A stretch of DNA of 64,000 nt from Antechinus flavipes (Eukaryota), in the NCBI RefSeq assembly GCF_016432865.1, contig NC_067399.1:581498001-581562000 (forward strand), read 5' to 3'. Position numbers and translations under genes: made by a program. The notes below the pieces were generated by a model, which worked only from the letters and a program-made list of their open reading frames with translations, was not told the DNA's origin and made no database searches. Below, piece after piece: positions 35,701-44,590 of the stretch (positions within the stretch are counted from its first letter, which is position 1; every line of letters begins with the position of its first letter).

Positions 35701-38700
35701 CAGTTTTTTTAGTGATTAGAATGTGATGCTGATGATGCCAGGATTAGAGTTCAAGTTTTTTATCATCTTTGCCCTCAAGGACATTATCTGGAGGGAAAGG
35801 TAAAATAAAGTAAATATAGATGACAAACTGCTCACAGAAAAAGATTCAAGGGATTGAGTCTTGAAAGAAAGTTTGCAATCAGAGGCAAAGATGTGTCAGA
35901 GGATAGGGATGGAAGGTGGGATATTCAGTGCCAGGGACTCTTAAGTGGGCCACAGAATGCTGACCGGGAGGGATAATGGGGATGGGGGTCAAATAGAGCA
36001 GCCTGAGAAGATGGACACAAAGATTGGGTGGAGTAGTTAAGCCCTCTTCCCCCCCTTCCTTCTCTCTCTTCTTCACCCATTCTTTTAGGACAAACCCCAG
36101 GATGAAAAACAAAATAGAAGACCCTGAAGTGAATTCAATCAAGAATATTAAAGAAGGGCAGCATTTACGGGGCTACGTGGAGGCTGTCAAGAAGCTGGGG
36201 GTGCACTTCCGGTGAGAAGTATGGGGTCTTCTTGTCTGCCTTTTCTAGGATTATTTTCTTCGGTCTCCAGACCTCTTTTTGGGACTTCTCATTCATGACA
36301 GTTGCTTTGCAGCCCTAGTTGGGAGAAAGAGAGTGTGCTCCCTGTAGCTGCCTTCTGCTGTAAAATGAGTCCTTCCTGTTTTTGAAGGCACTGAGGGGGT
36401 TTTTGCCTCATTTTAGGCTTTGCCTGAGTTGTCCCATTGCTCCAACATTTCTCCCGAATCCACCGTCTCATCTGTGCTTTTTTACAGCATTGGCCCCACA
36501 CTTGTGGGACGGGTCAAGTACCGGCATGTTACCAAGTACTTCTTGTCTGACAAAACTTTGTACCGAACTTACCTCCCAGAAGGAAAGCTGCTTTCCGCCA
36601 AGGTCTTGAGGTAGGTGTGGAAACGGGCCGAGGCCATTGCTCACGACACAGCCCCGAGGCCTGGTTGGTACACTGCCCTCTTAAAGGCAGGCCCCTTTTC
36701 TGGTAAATCCCTGAGGAGATGCAGCCCGGCTCGGGTGAGAACAAGGTTGGCCTTCGGGCTCCATGCCAGCCTTGCTCCCTCTGACAGGAGGCCGGCCCAC
36801 GGGCCAGGAAGGTTCTTGGTCAGGTCTGCTCGAGCTCAGGCCCATGAAAGGTGGTTTTGGTCTTGGTTCCTGGTCATTCTTCCTCTTTCCTCTCTCACTG
36901 GCCTTGTTGCTGTCCCTCTCTGCCCCTCCAGGGTGAACCGGAAGCAGAAACTGGTGTACCTGTCCTTCCTCCCCAAAGACACGGGCAAGCCCGATGTATT
37001 TCCCGACTCTTTGGGCCTGCCACTGCGGGACCAGGGCAAGGACCGGGTCAAGGAGGTGCCCAGTAGCCAGCCCAAGAAGAAGCGGAAACTGGAAGGCAAG
37101 GAGGAGGAAGATGAGGGAGACTCTAGCACAAAACAGGAGGAGGAGAAGCAGCAGGAGTCAAAGGCCAAGGCCAGACGAGCAGAGAAGGCAGCAAACACAG
37201 GGAAGCGGAAGATGCCCCAGATGGAAAGAGAACAGGTACTTCCTTGTGTGGAGGAGATCCTTTTAAAAAGGAAACATGGAAAGCAAGAAGCTCGTGGTGG
37301 CCACCTGGTGCCCCAAGGTGAAGGCAAGCACGGCCCTAGCCCCTGATGCCAAGGAGCCTGCCCCGACAGAGCTTGGGGGGCTGCCTGACGGTAGATACCA
37401 TGGTCCCTTCCATTCCCTTTTTGTGTTGTCCCAGGAAAAAGTGACCAAGAAGAAAAGGCCAAACCTGCCTGAAGAAGATGATAGTGGAGTGGAAGTTAAC
37501 TATAATGAGGAGAAGAGGCTGAAACAGCCCAAGGTGAGAAAGGCTGGCCCCTGATTGGGGGGTGGTTCAGAGATTTGGGCCTTCTCCCCAGAGCCTTGGG
37601 AACTGCCCCCTTTATTTCCTCATCTGTAAAAGGTCGGCACGCAGCGTCTCTGTGGTCTTGGCGTTTAACTAAACCTCTCAGACCAGAGGCAACAGTAGGA
37701 AGAATTCTGTAAATTAGTGAGAGCATCTGGGCACCCCCTGCTCCCCACACAACATTGGGCTCCAAGTCTGCCCGGACCTGAGCTCTGACTTCACCCTCTC
37801 CCTGCTGGGCCTAGTGTCCTCACCGGTGACATGATGCCATGCCAGCTTAAAGCTCCATTTGTGTGGATCCCAGAGATGAAGCTGAAGTACCCCCCATCAC
37901 CAGTGGGGCCGGCGGGCTCCCTGCACATTGCCACATGCACACCAAAGCTCCAGGAGAGCCGCCATCTAGTCTGGGCCTGTGCTCTGGTAGTCAGCAGACA
38001 GAGGGGCTAGGGTGACCCAGAACACTGGGGCAGCCTCGGGCCTCACATGCTCTCTGGTTCTCACAGCAGAAGCAGACCAAGCCCACAGAAATTCCCAGGC
38101 TGCAGCTGTCTTCGGGCTTCGTGTGGGATGTGAGTCTGGACATGCTTGCCCCAGCCGCGCCGCCCCGAGAGGAGAGTTCGGACAGTGAAGAGGAGTCGTC
38201 GAGCCAAGCCACGGTTGGTCTTCCCCCGGGGCTTTTTTAGAGGGTCTCTCCAAGGAATGCTTCCTGAAGCCGAGCCCGGGGGGGGGGGGGGGGGGGGCGC
38301 CAGGCCAGAGTCAAGAGGCCTTGTGGGCTCTCTTGGGGACTCCTCAGAGTAGGTGGGAGCCGATCCCCGGGTGCCACTACTCACCCTCACCTGCTTCTTT
38401 GTAGCTGAAGAAGAAAAGCAAGAAGGACAAGGAGCTAGAGAAGCAGCAGGCAGAGAAGGAGCTGACACGCATCGAGACAGCCTTGATGGATCCCAATTGG
38501 CAGCCTGAGACCGCCGATGACTTTGACCGCCTGGTCCTGAGCTCCCCCAACAGCTCCATCCTGTGGCTGCGGTACATGGCCTTCCACCTGCACGCCACAG
38601 AGATCGAGAAAGCCCGGGCGGTGGCCGAGAGGGCCCTCAAGTCCATCTCCTTCAGGTAAAGCAGCTCCCCAGGGATAGTTGCAGTTAATTCGACTACATA

Positions 38701-40871
38701 GTAGGTTGTGATCAATTGATAAGAGATCCAGGCTCTGCTGGTTCAGAGGAAGAAGAAGAGTTAGGGTTTATGTTCAAGAGTTGACATCCTGCTGACCCCA
38801 ACTGAGTCAAGGCTCTCAGTCCCTTCAGGGAAGTCTGTTTTGGGGTCCAGCAGGGCACTATAGAGCCCCGCCCATAGCCAGGGAATCAAGGAGCCAGGCT
38901 TTTTTTTCAAACTTTTGGGGGACAGTGATTACTCAAGCTTGATTCCCTGACATTGAGAAGATCTGAGGGTCAGTTGTGATCTGTATTTCAGACATTGAGT
39001 AAAACATCTTTGGAACAGAGTGTGAGTTTTGACCCTTTTGTTTCCTCCTTCCCCCCAGAGAAGAGCAGGAGAAGCTAAATGTGTGGGTGGCCCTAATGAA
39101 CCTCGAGAATATGTATGGCTCCAAAGAGACGCTGAGCAAGGTCTTTGAGCGGGCTGTGCAGTACTGTGAGCCCCTGAAGGTCTTCTTCCAGCTGGCTGAC
39201 ATCTACAGCAAGTCAGAGAAGTACCAGGTGTGTTTCCCAGGTGTTCTCCCCATCCCTGCTCCAGACACCTCCTCACCGTAACAGTTCTGGGCCCCAGCAT
39301 GCCTGTCTACAAAATGGCAAGAATAGGTCCTTCCTTTTAGAGGTTAAGTAAATTGCTGGATGGGGAAATTATTTGGAAACGAGATTCCAGGTGTCTCTAG
39401 CGTACCTCAGATGTCCCTGAGCTTGAGCATTGCAGACTGGTGGTAGTACTGTAGTAGTTGAGAAACGCCTCTCAAAAAGTGAGCGCTCTCCTGCCCCTTC
39501 CCAGCCCCCAACCGTGAGGTAGGCTCCCCCTGGTCCTCTGTTCACCTCATTTTCCCCAGGCTGCTGAAGAAGTCTACAATCAGATGCTTAAACGTTTCCG
39601 ACAAGAGAAGACTGTCTGGATCAAGTATGGCTCCTTCCTCCTTAAGAGGGGAAAATCTGAGGCCTGTCATGACCTGCTGCCGCGGGCCTTCAGTTGTCTG
39701 CCACAGAAAGAACGTAAGGCCTCTTGGTTCCTCTTATCCCTCTCTCCCTTCCCCATGTAGCTTCTGGAGGGCCTCTTGCTTGGCACGGGGCAGCCCTTGT
39801 CAGGATGATTCTCATGTAGTTCTTGGTCTTGCATAGAAGGACATAGAATGGCAGTGAGCCTTCCCAGAGTCCCCATTCCCAGATGAGATGTCATGTGGGT
39901 TTAGATAAAGGGGCCCAGTGGCCAATGAAGTTAGGACCTTTCCCTGATGCTACCTTTCCCACCCTTCACACCTCATAATCCCATATTGGGCCTTGTCCTT
40001 CTAGAAAAGGCTGGGATCCTAGGACCAAGGAAGAGGGGTGGGCATCCCTCCCCATCATCTTGAACTCAGTCTCAAGAAAGGGTTCTGGCCAGCAGGGTAT
40101 GTTGTGTGTCTGAGCTCCCCTTGCCGTTGCAGATGTGGACGTCATCTCCAAGTTTGCCCAGCTTGAGTTCTACCTGGGAGATGCCGAACGAGGCAAGGCC
40201 ATGTTTGAGAGCACCTTGAATAGCTACCCCAAGCGTACAGATGTATGGTCCATCTACATTGACATGCTCATCAAGTTTGGGAGCCAGAAGGAAGTGAGGT
40301 AAGTAGAGGGCCGAGGGAAGTTCATTTCTCTTCACCTTCCAGGTGTTCTCCATTCTTTTCCTCAGAAGGTGATTTTGTCCAACAGGGAGGGGGCCTCCTG
40401 GGAATTAAGTGTGCCTCTGCTTTCATTTCTACTGCCTTCATTTTTCTCTGGCATCCTCCCCACGGGGCAGGGCATAGTGGGGGCTGCCTTGCATGAAGTC
40501 ACTTTACTAGCTGGGGCAGAGCTGCAACTGGGATGCAGGGCTGTCTTTCTCCTGAGACTCCATCCCCCAGAGATAGCAGCTCCCCTCTCAGTTTACTTGG
40601 GATAAGGCCAGGTTTTGCCAGAATTCTCCAGTTGTAACAAATTCTGGCTGTGGAGGGCCAGTCCCTCATTTCCCTGACCTCCCTATTCTTGTGACCCAGG
40701 GATGCCTTTGAGCGAGTGGTACACTTGAGTCTGTCCCCCAAGCGGATGAAATTCTTCTTCAAACGCTACCTAGACTATGAGAAGCAGCACGGCACAGCTG
40801 AGACGGTGCAGGCTGTCAAGGAGAAGGCCTTAAGCTATGTGGAGGCCAGGAGCACTCTTGCTGACAGCTAG
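5518..40871 (+). CDS. PDCD11: PDCD11 / RRP5 homolog (S1-domain repeats plus C-terminal HAT/TPR; rRNA biogenesis), spliced CDS, 1862 aa
   Basis: 35 coding exons joined by hand sum to 5589 nt with consistent phases and GT-AG ends. The protein is collinear with human PDCD11 (1871 aa as recalled), from [12 protein letters not shown] to EARSTLADS*. Confidence 0.97.
7045..7176 (+). CDS. PDCD11: PDCD11 exon 3
   Basis: ctag|[13 protein letters not shown]...GILSIE|gtgtgt; 132 nt. Confidence 0.93.
7579..7746 (+). CDS. PDCD11: PDCD11 exon 4
   Basis: ccag|[14 protein letters not shown]...EEPLE|gtaagg; 168 nt. Confidence 0.96.
8547..8705 (+). CDS. PDCD11: PDCD11 exon 5
   Basis: gtag|[19 protein letters not shown]...LKPGM|gtatgt; 159 nt. 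Confidence 0.95.
8811..8934 (+). CDS. PDCD11: PDCD11 exon 6
   Basis: gtag|[19 protein letters not shown]...KNK G|gtgagg; 124 nt. Confidence 0.96.
10018..10199 (+). CDS. PDCD11: PDCD11 exon 7
   Basis: tcag|(G)[11 protein letters not shown]...KAQVQK|gtaagc; 182 nt. Confidence 0.96.
10885..11054. mobile_element. hAT (Charlie/Buster-type) MITE, 170 bp
   Basis: Imperfect 16-bp TIRs CAGGACTTGTTAAACT / ACTTTAAGAAGCTGGG; 8-bp TSD CTCTAGAA (10877-10884) / CTATAGAA (11055-11062). Confidence 0.85.
11150..13488 (+). mobile_element. ORF1-only L1-derived element (HAL1-like), decayed
   Basis: L1-like 5' end; frameshifted ORF1p ([20 protein letters not shown] at 12165-12224); no ORF2-like sequence seen before the A-rich end; degenerate direct repeats AACTCTTCCTT / AATTCTTCCAT. 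Confidence 0.6.
13489..14095 (-). mobile_element. Old L1 3' end (host of the HAL1-like insertion; continues at about 11070-11149)
   Basis: Reverse L1 3'UTR/ORF2-end motifs (tataacaaag..., atataaatcttcccatg, ttaccacaaagag, ctccaacattg). Confidence 0.6.
14137..14244 (+). CDS. PDCD11: PDCD11 exon 8
   Basis: gcag|[24 protein letters not shown]...QTQM|gtaaga; 108 nt. Confidence 0.95.
14500..14720 (-). mobile_element. MIR-type SINE
   Basis: attttatcctcatt..gaaaactgaggg..gcctagggccacacag..ggattggaactctggtc. Confidence 0.65.
15294..15500 (+). CDS. PDCD11: PDCD11 exon 9
   Basis: acag|[13 protein letters not shown]...LAYAR|gtgagg; 207 nt. Confidence 0.96.
16734..16858 (+). CDS. PDCD11: PDCD11 exon 10
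   Basis: gcag|[29 protein letters not shown]...LSLK AC|gtgagt; 125 nt. Confidence 0.95.
17014..17074 (+). CDS. PDCD11: PDCD11 exon 11
   Basis: ccag|[21 protein letters not shown]|gtgagg; 61 nt. Confidence 0.95.
17586..17732 (+). CDS. PDCD11: PDCD11 exon 12
   Basis: ccag|[15 protein letters not shown]...EVKCR|gtgaga; 147 nt. Confidence 0.95.
18065..18316 (+). CDS. PDCD11: PDCD11 exon 13
   Basis: ccag|[19 protein letters not shown]...VFYVGQ|gtaagc; 252 nt. Confidence 0.96.
19246..19377 (+). CDS. PDCD11: PDCD11 exon 14
   Basis: ccag|[20 protein letters not shown]...IKVGQ|gtactt; 132 nt. Confidence 0.95.
20090..21010 (-). mobile_element. L1 3'-end fragments (stacked)
   Basis: Poly(T) then tttccaattacat..., ccaagatggc..., gttgatcactgttacaac..., tttgccaccacaaaaagaac. 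Confidence 0.7.
21158..21352 (+). CDS. PDCD11: PDCD11 exon 15 (followed by a U12-type intron)
   Basis: ttag|[16 protein letters not shown]...SHSDGHI|gtatcctttc; 195 nt. Confidence 0.95.
21353..21907 (+). other. PDCD11: U12-type (minor spliceosome) GT-AG intron 15 of PDCD11
   Basis: 5' splice site GTATCCTTT at 21353; branch point TCCTTGAT at 21887-21894 with the branch A 14 nt from the intron end; no polypyrimidine tract between branch point and CAG. Confidence 0.92.
21908..22078 (+). CDS. PDCD11: PDCD11 exon 16
   Basis: tcag|[19 protein letters not shown]...GLAPKS|gtgagt; 171 nt. Confidence 0.96.
23091..23310 (+). CDS. PDCD11: PDCD11 exon 17
   Basis: ccag|[18 protein letters not shown]...SLMSSR G|gtgtgt; 220 nt. 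Confidence 0.96.
23698..23847 (+). CDS. PDCD11: PDCD11 exon 18
   Basis: ccag|(D)[13 protein letters not shown]...KYHQG G|gtgaga; 150 nt. Confidence 0.95.
24423..24538 (+). CDS. PDCD11: PDCD11 exon 19
   Basis: acag|(G)[17 protein letters not shown]...RKSKQ|gtaggc; 116 nt. Confidence 0.94.
26177..26706 (+). CDS. PDCD11: PDCD11 exon 20
   Basis: ccag|[16 protein letters not shown]...[16 protein letters not shown]...LLTH AA|gtaagg; 530 nt. Confidence 0.96.
28219..28281 (+). CDS. PDCD11: PDCD11 exon 21
   Basis: tcag|[23 protein letters not shown]|gtaaga; 63 nt. Confidence 0.92.
29675..29706. repeat. (AC)16 microsatellite
   Basis: Direct reading. Confidence 0.9.
29780..30790 (-). mobile_element. 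Old L1 ORF2 fragment interrupted by a younger L1
   Basis: gaacattctttgcatacctgaattaaacccaacttg...tttgctaatattttattg, continuous across the TSD. Confidence 0.65.
29987..30651 (-). mobile_element. Young 5'-truncated L1 (about 665 bp) with TSD
   Basis: T-rich tail, intact 3'UTR and an open ORF2 C-terminus (track ORF 30385-30633, [21 protein letters not shown]). TSD AATAAGGACAGT at 29975-29986 and 30652-30663. Confidence 0.93.
31314..31422 (+). CDS. PDCD11: PDCD11 exon 22
   Basis: acag|[13 protein letters not shown]...[14 protein letters not shown]|gtgaga; 109 nt. Confidence 0.92.
32248..32337 (+). CDS. PDCD11: PDCD11 exon 23
   Basis: ccag|[30 protein letters not shown]|gtccgt; 90 nt. Confidence 0.95.
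32560..33430 (+). mobile_element. L2 fragments
   Basis: Degenerate L2 ORF2/3' motifs (ctctaactttgtacatctc...ctcatcacctc..ctagattattgtaag...ggtctccttgc); boundaries approximate. Confidence 0.5.
33354..33381. repeat. T28 homopolymer
   Basis: Direct reading. Confidence 0.85.
33924..34026 (+). CDS. PDCD11: PDCD11 exon 24
   Basis: ctag|[22 protein letters not shown]...LSLI G|gtatgg; 103 nt. Confidence 0.95.
34303..34480 (+). CDS. PDCD11: PDCD11 exon 25
   Basis: ccag|(G)[17 protein letters not shown]...EKIV CG|gtgagt; 178 nt. Confidence 0.96.
34800..35050 (-). mobile_element. L2 3' end
   Basis: catttattgagtgcttactgtgt...cccactcaaggagctcactttctaatgggga. Confidence 0.6.
35397..35453 (+). CDS. PDCD11: PDCD11 exon 26
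   Basis: acag|[21 protein letters not shown]|gtagac; 57 nt. Confidence 0.93.
36089..36211 (+). CDS. PDCD11: PDCD11 exon 27
   Basis: ttag|[19 protein letters not shown]...GVHF CG|gtgaga; 123 nt. Confidence 0.95.
36488..36610 (+). CDS. PDCD11: PDCD11 exon 28
   Basis: acag|[12 protein letters not shown]...[14 protein letters not shown]|gtaggt; 123 nt. Confidence 0.95.
36932..37235 (+). CDS. PDCD11: PDCD11 exon 29 (charged linker)
   Basis: ccag|[23 protein letters not shown]...MEREQ|gtactt; 304 nt. Confidence 0.93.
37435..37533 (+). CDS. PDCD11: PDCD11 exon 30
   Basis: ccag|[21 protein letters not shown]...KQPK|gtgaga; 99 nt. Confidence 0.92.
38067..38213 (+). CDS. PDCD11: PDCD11 exon 31
   Basis: acag|[22 protein letters not shown]...SSQAT|gttggt; 147 nt; tandem acceptor. 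Confidence 0.93.
38278..38297. repeat. G20 homopolymer in PDCD11 intron 31
   Basis: Direct reading. Confidence 0.9.
38405..38655 (+). CDS. PDCD11: PDCD11 exon 32 (start of the HAT/TPR region)
   Basis: gtag|[14 protein letters not shown]...[25 protein letters not shown]...SISF AG|gtaaag; 251 nt. Confidence 0.97.
39059..39227 (+). CDS. PDCD11: PDCD11 exon 33
   Basis: ccag|[21 protein letters not shown]...SEKYQ|gtgtgt; 169 nt. Confidence 0.97.
39560..39713 (+). CDS. PDCD11: PDCD11 exon 34
   Basis: ccag|[23 protein letters not shown]...PQKE C|gtaagg; 154 nt. Confidence 0.96.
40133..40298 (+). CDS. PDCD11: PDCD11 exon 35
   Basis: gcag|(H)[12 protein letters not shown]...[14 protein letters not shown]...KEV AG|gtaagt; 166 nt. 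Confidence 0.97.
40700..40871 (+). CDS. PDCD11: PDCD11 exon 36 (stop codon)
   Basis: ccag|[32 protein letters not shown]...TLADS TAG; 172 nt coding. Confidence 0.97.
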
Positions 40872-41129
40872 TGACTGGGCTGGGCCATACAAAGCATCTT
40901 CCCTGGCCATTGTTCCTGGAGAGTGGACACAAGATGTATTTAAAACCCATAGTGGGAGAGAGGGAGTGTGAGAGGATTTACTTCAATGTTGTCTGTGTAA
41001 AGACCAGCAGTGACCTGCCCTTGTCAGAACTTGTATTTATGTGCGTCTGTGAGTGTATTGTTTCTCTGAACCTTTATTTTTTGTTATAAGGTATGGTTGG
41101 GGGGAGGGTAGGGATGGTATATATTGTGA

Positions 41130-41205
41130 AATAAAGACTATATAAAAGCAAAAGATTAAAAAAAAATTTTTTAAGAGAGATGTTCACTTTATTTAAAAAA
41201 ATAAA
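41130..41205 (+). terminator. PDCD11: Candidate PDCD11 poly(A) signals
   Basis: AATAAA at 41130-41135 and 41200-41205, about 260 and 330 nt after the stop. Actual use cannot be determined from sequence. Confidence 0.55.
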
Positions 41206-43252
41206 CAAAAAATGAACCAGCTTGTTTACTCTACTTCTCTTCTTGGTAATGCTTGAGGGCAAATTCCTCTGCCCATTTGTTCCAGAGTTTCCTCCGGCTT
41301 CCACTGCCTTTGTTCCAGACTCCCAAGAACCCTGTCTGGTTTGCAGCATACAATTTAGCCACCCCAGTCTCTTTGACCTTTCTTGGAACCATAGTCAAAG
41401 GTTAAGAAGACTTGCTAGATTTAGCCTGAGTTTAAATGAAGTTGTTCACCTGTGAGAATGACTGTGCTGACTATTTCACCAGAGCTTTCTTAAAGAAAGT
41501 GCTTTGTAAAAGTATTATCGTTCCCTTGGGAAGAGGTAATGATAGGGAGCTGACTCTCTCTCATTTAATCATGTGTGTGATATCTTCAAAATTAGGAATT
41601 GCTAGGCTGTGATGGTATCGTGGCAATCCCCACAGACCATGGGCCATGTGCTTGGTCTTGCCTCCTGCCGGGCATCTTTCCTAAATCCTGCTAGGGGGAG
41701 GGGGAGAATTTGGGGAGTCATTGTCTCAAGGTCTTCCTCCTTCCCTGGGGGTCCTGTGAGGACAGAAGCAAGTGAAGGGAAGGAAGGCACCAGAGCAGGA
41801 AAAAAGACACAGCCAACAGGATCCTTGTTCCCTTGATAAGCGACTTGATCCACGCCCTTGCTGCCTTCCCTACTGAATGAGTAGCCATCTTCCCTTGTTT
41901 AGCCTCCAGACTTTGAAGGAAGCGGGCTTTCTGCTGTTGTGAAAGCTGGTTTCTTGTTCAAATCTCGAGGACAACCGAAGTTGGTTCTGGCGGAGCCTGA
42001 AATACTGTGTGAACTAGAGAGTGATTGAAATATAAAAATGTGTACTTGCCATATTCTTCATCTGGGAGGATTGGGAGAGAAGGGAAAAGCTATTTTTCAG
42101 AGGCCAAAATTCAGGGAAAAATGGAGAAAGCCTTGACCCTTCCTCTACAGGAATGAGGGAGGGATGTTTTAAGTTTTAGGAGCCTAAAGTTCTTTTAAAA
42201 GTCTTTAAGTTCTGGGAAGGCCAGACTGAGGGGAAGAGGACAATTGGATGTGTCTACAGTAGCATGGGTCCTGAGAGGGATGGAGGCAGGAGTCTGGAGG
42301 TAAATCTAGTGGCAGTTAGCCCCTCTAACTATGGGTATGGGCTGGGCACACAATGAGAAGGACTTTAAAGGGCATTACGGCATCAAGCCCCTGGCCTGAC
42401 AGACCAGAGACCTAGATTTCATGTAACCTAGTGGTTATATGAACTGCTGCTTCTTCCTGGGCCTCAATTTGTATTTTTTACAAAAGAGGGGACTGAATTT
42501 TGTGAGTGCTACTGTACCTAAAATTCTGATTTCTCCCAAGGGCCTATCTTGTACCTTTTTTTGTATTTGGGATCTCTTTACTGTATTCAAAGCAGAAACA
42601 ACACATACACGGCAATGTTACAGCAAAGTCTTTATCAAAAATGTTTAAAAAGAGAAAAAGGCAGTGGAAGCTGGAGGAAAACTGCTTACTAGGGATCCCC
42701 CAGGTCTCCAAATCTTCCTTTTCTGAAGATGTCCATTCCTGACTCACATGCAGTTAGACACAAGTTAACTGCATTCAACTTCATTCTCATAAGGAGCCCA
42801 CCGGTAGGCACGGGGTGACTCTTTCTGGTGTCCTGGGGTTCAGAGGTTTGTGCAAGTAGCTGCTTTTCTTTGGAAAAGACCAAAACATCTTGTAAAGCCG
42901 CTGATCCAGCAGGCTGCGGTGGGACGGGCTCGAGTGCCAGGAGTCCTCAGACCACTGCACTGCCCACCAGGTTCTCTCCAAACTTGGGCCGCTTCCACAC
43001 GCTGTCACCCTCACCGCCCTCCAGCCTCCTTTGATGGCCCGTTGGTGATGCTAGTAAAAGCAGTTTGCCTCTGATCCACCCCAGAATCATCTGGGAATCT
43101 GCTAACTCCTGGGTTTGGGCACGGGATTGGCATCCACATAGGAGCGGGAGCAACAGTAAGAAGCGGGCAAACTGGATTTAGTGGGGCAGCTGTGGCTGCG
43201 GACCCCAGATTCTAGAAGCCACTCTGTGTGGGGACGGTGGGACACAGCAGGA

Positions 43253-43669
43253 CTAGGAAGCCAGGAAGGCCATCTCCAGGTTGTCCGGCCCAGTCCCGTT
43301 GCCCACTACCCCCTGGGCCCACTTGTGTAGCCGGCTGTAGAGCGGGAAGCCCTGGTTCTCACGGTACAGGGAGACGCCGGTGATGGCGTTCCACTGGGGC
43401 CTCGGCTGGGTCCCCTCCACCACAAACTCTTCCAGCATCTCCTTGTCATCTTTGTTGAGGGCCACAAAGCCGAAGAAGCGGCGCACGTTGTTGGCGGCCA
43501 GCACCCGGGAGTGCACTTCGGCCGTCCTCTGGAACAGCTGGGACTCGTTGGCGCGGTACTGAGCCCAGTAGGCCTCTTGGCGGTAGCCCAGCGGGGAGCA
43601 GCAGTGCTTCAGGCACTTGGTGAGGAAGATCAGGACAGCCACCACACCGATCAGCAGCCACCCGAAAAG
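43253..43669 (-). CDS. CALHM2: CALHM2 last coding exon (aa 186-323)
   Basis: cccag|LFGWLLIGVVAVLIFL...YRQEAYWAQYRANE...FFGFVALNK...YSRLHKWAQG...EMAFLAS*; 417 nt. Confidence 0.97.
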   Translation of the reverse strand, partial: LFGWLLIGVVAVLIFLTKCLKHCCSPLGYRQEAYWAQYRANESQLFQRTAEVHSRVLAANNVRRFFGFVALNKDDKEMLEEFVVEGTQPRPQWNAITGVSLYRENQGFPLYSRLHKWAQGVVGNGTGPDNLEMAFLAS

Positions 43670-43989
43670 CTGGGTGGGACAGAAGCAGCGGGTGAGCTTT
43701 CCCTCGCCCCTGCCTCCCTCCCCCCCTGAGCAAGGGCAGGGGAAAGGAGTGGGGACCAACCCGGCGGGCAGAGAGCGAGTCTAGTCCTGACTTGACAATA
43801 AATAATAGCTGCACGCCAGCTGCTCTGGAAGGCAACTTGGAACCACGCCCAAGGGCCATAAAACTGCTCGCCCTTTGATCTGGCAGTGTCTCCACTGGCC
43901 TGTACCCCAAAGAGATCATAAAAAAGGAAAGGGACCCACATGTGCAGGAATGTCTGTGGCAGCCCTCTGTGCAGTGGCCAGGAACTGGA

Positions 43990-44590
43990 CACTGAGTGGC
44001 TGCCCGTGAGCTGGGGACTGGCTGAATAAACCGTGGTATGTGAATGCTATGGAATATTACTGTTCTGTAAGAAACGAGAAGTCGTTCTATGAGAACGATG
44101 TAACTTCTATAAGAAATGATGAACTGATTTCAAAAAAGTCTGGTAAGACTTACATGAACTGATGCTGAGTGAAACAAGCAGAACTAGAACATTTTTCACA
44201 GTTACAGCAAGATTATGTCATTAACTGTGGTAGAGTTAGCTCTTCTCAGCAACACAGTGAGCCAAGACAATTGTGATAAACTTGGGATGGAAAATGTCAT
44301 CGGCATCCCGAGAAAGAGCTGTGGAGACCGAATGCAAAGTGAAGCCTACTATTTTCCTATCTCCTCCCGCTTTCTTGTGGTTTTTTCCCTTTTGTTCTGA
44401 TTTTTCTCTCATAGTATGACTAACGATACATGGATACATCGTTAACATGATTGTACATGTGTAATCTATATCAGATTGTTTGCTCTCTTGAGGGGGGAGG
44501 AAGAAAAAAATTTGGGACACAAAATCTTACAAAAATGAATGGTGAAAATTACATGTAATTGGAAAAAATAAAACACTATAAAAATAAATA
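43990..44590 (+). mobile_element. L1 3' end in the CALHM2 intron (antisense to the gene)
   Basis: ggctgaataaaccgtggtatgtgaatgctatggaatattactgttctgtaagaaa...acttacatgaactgatgctgagtgaa...A-rich end. Confidence 0.85.
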
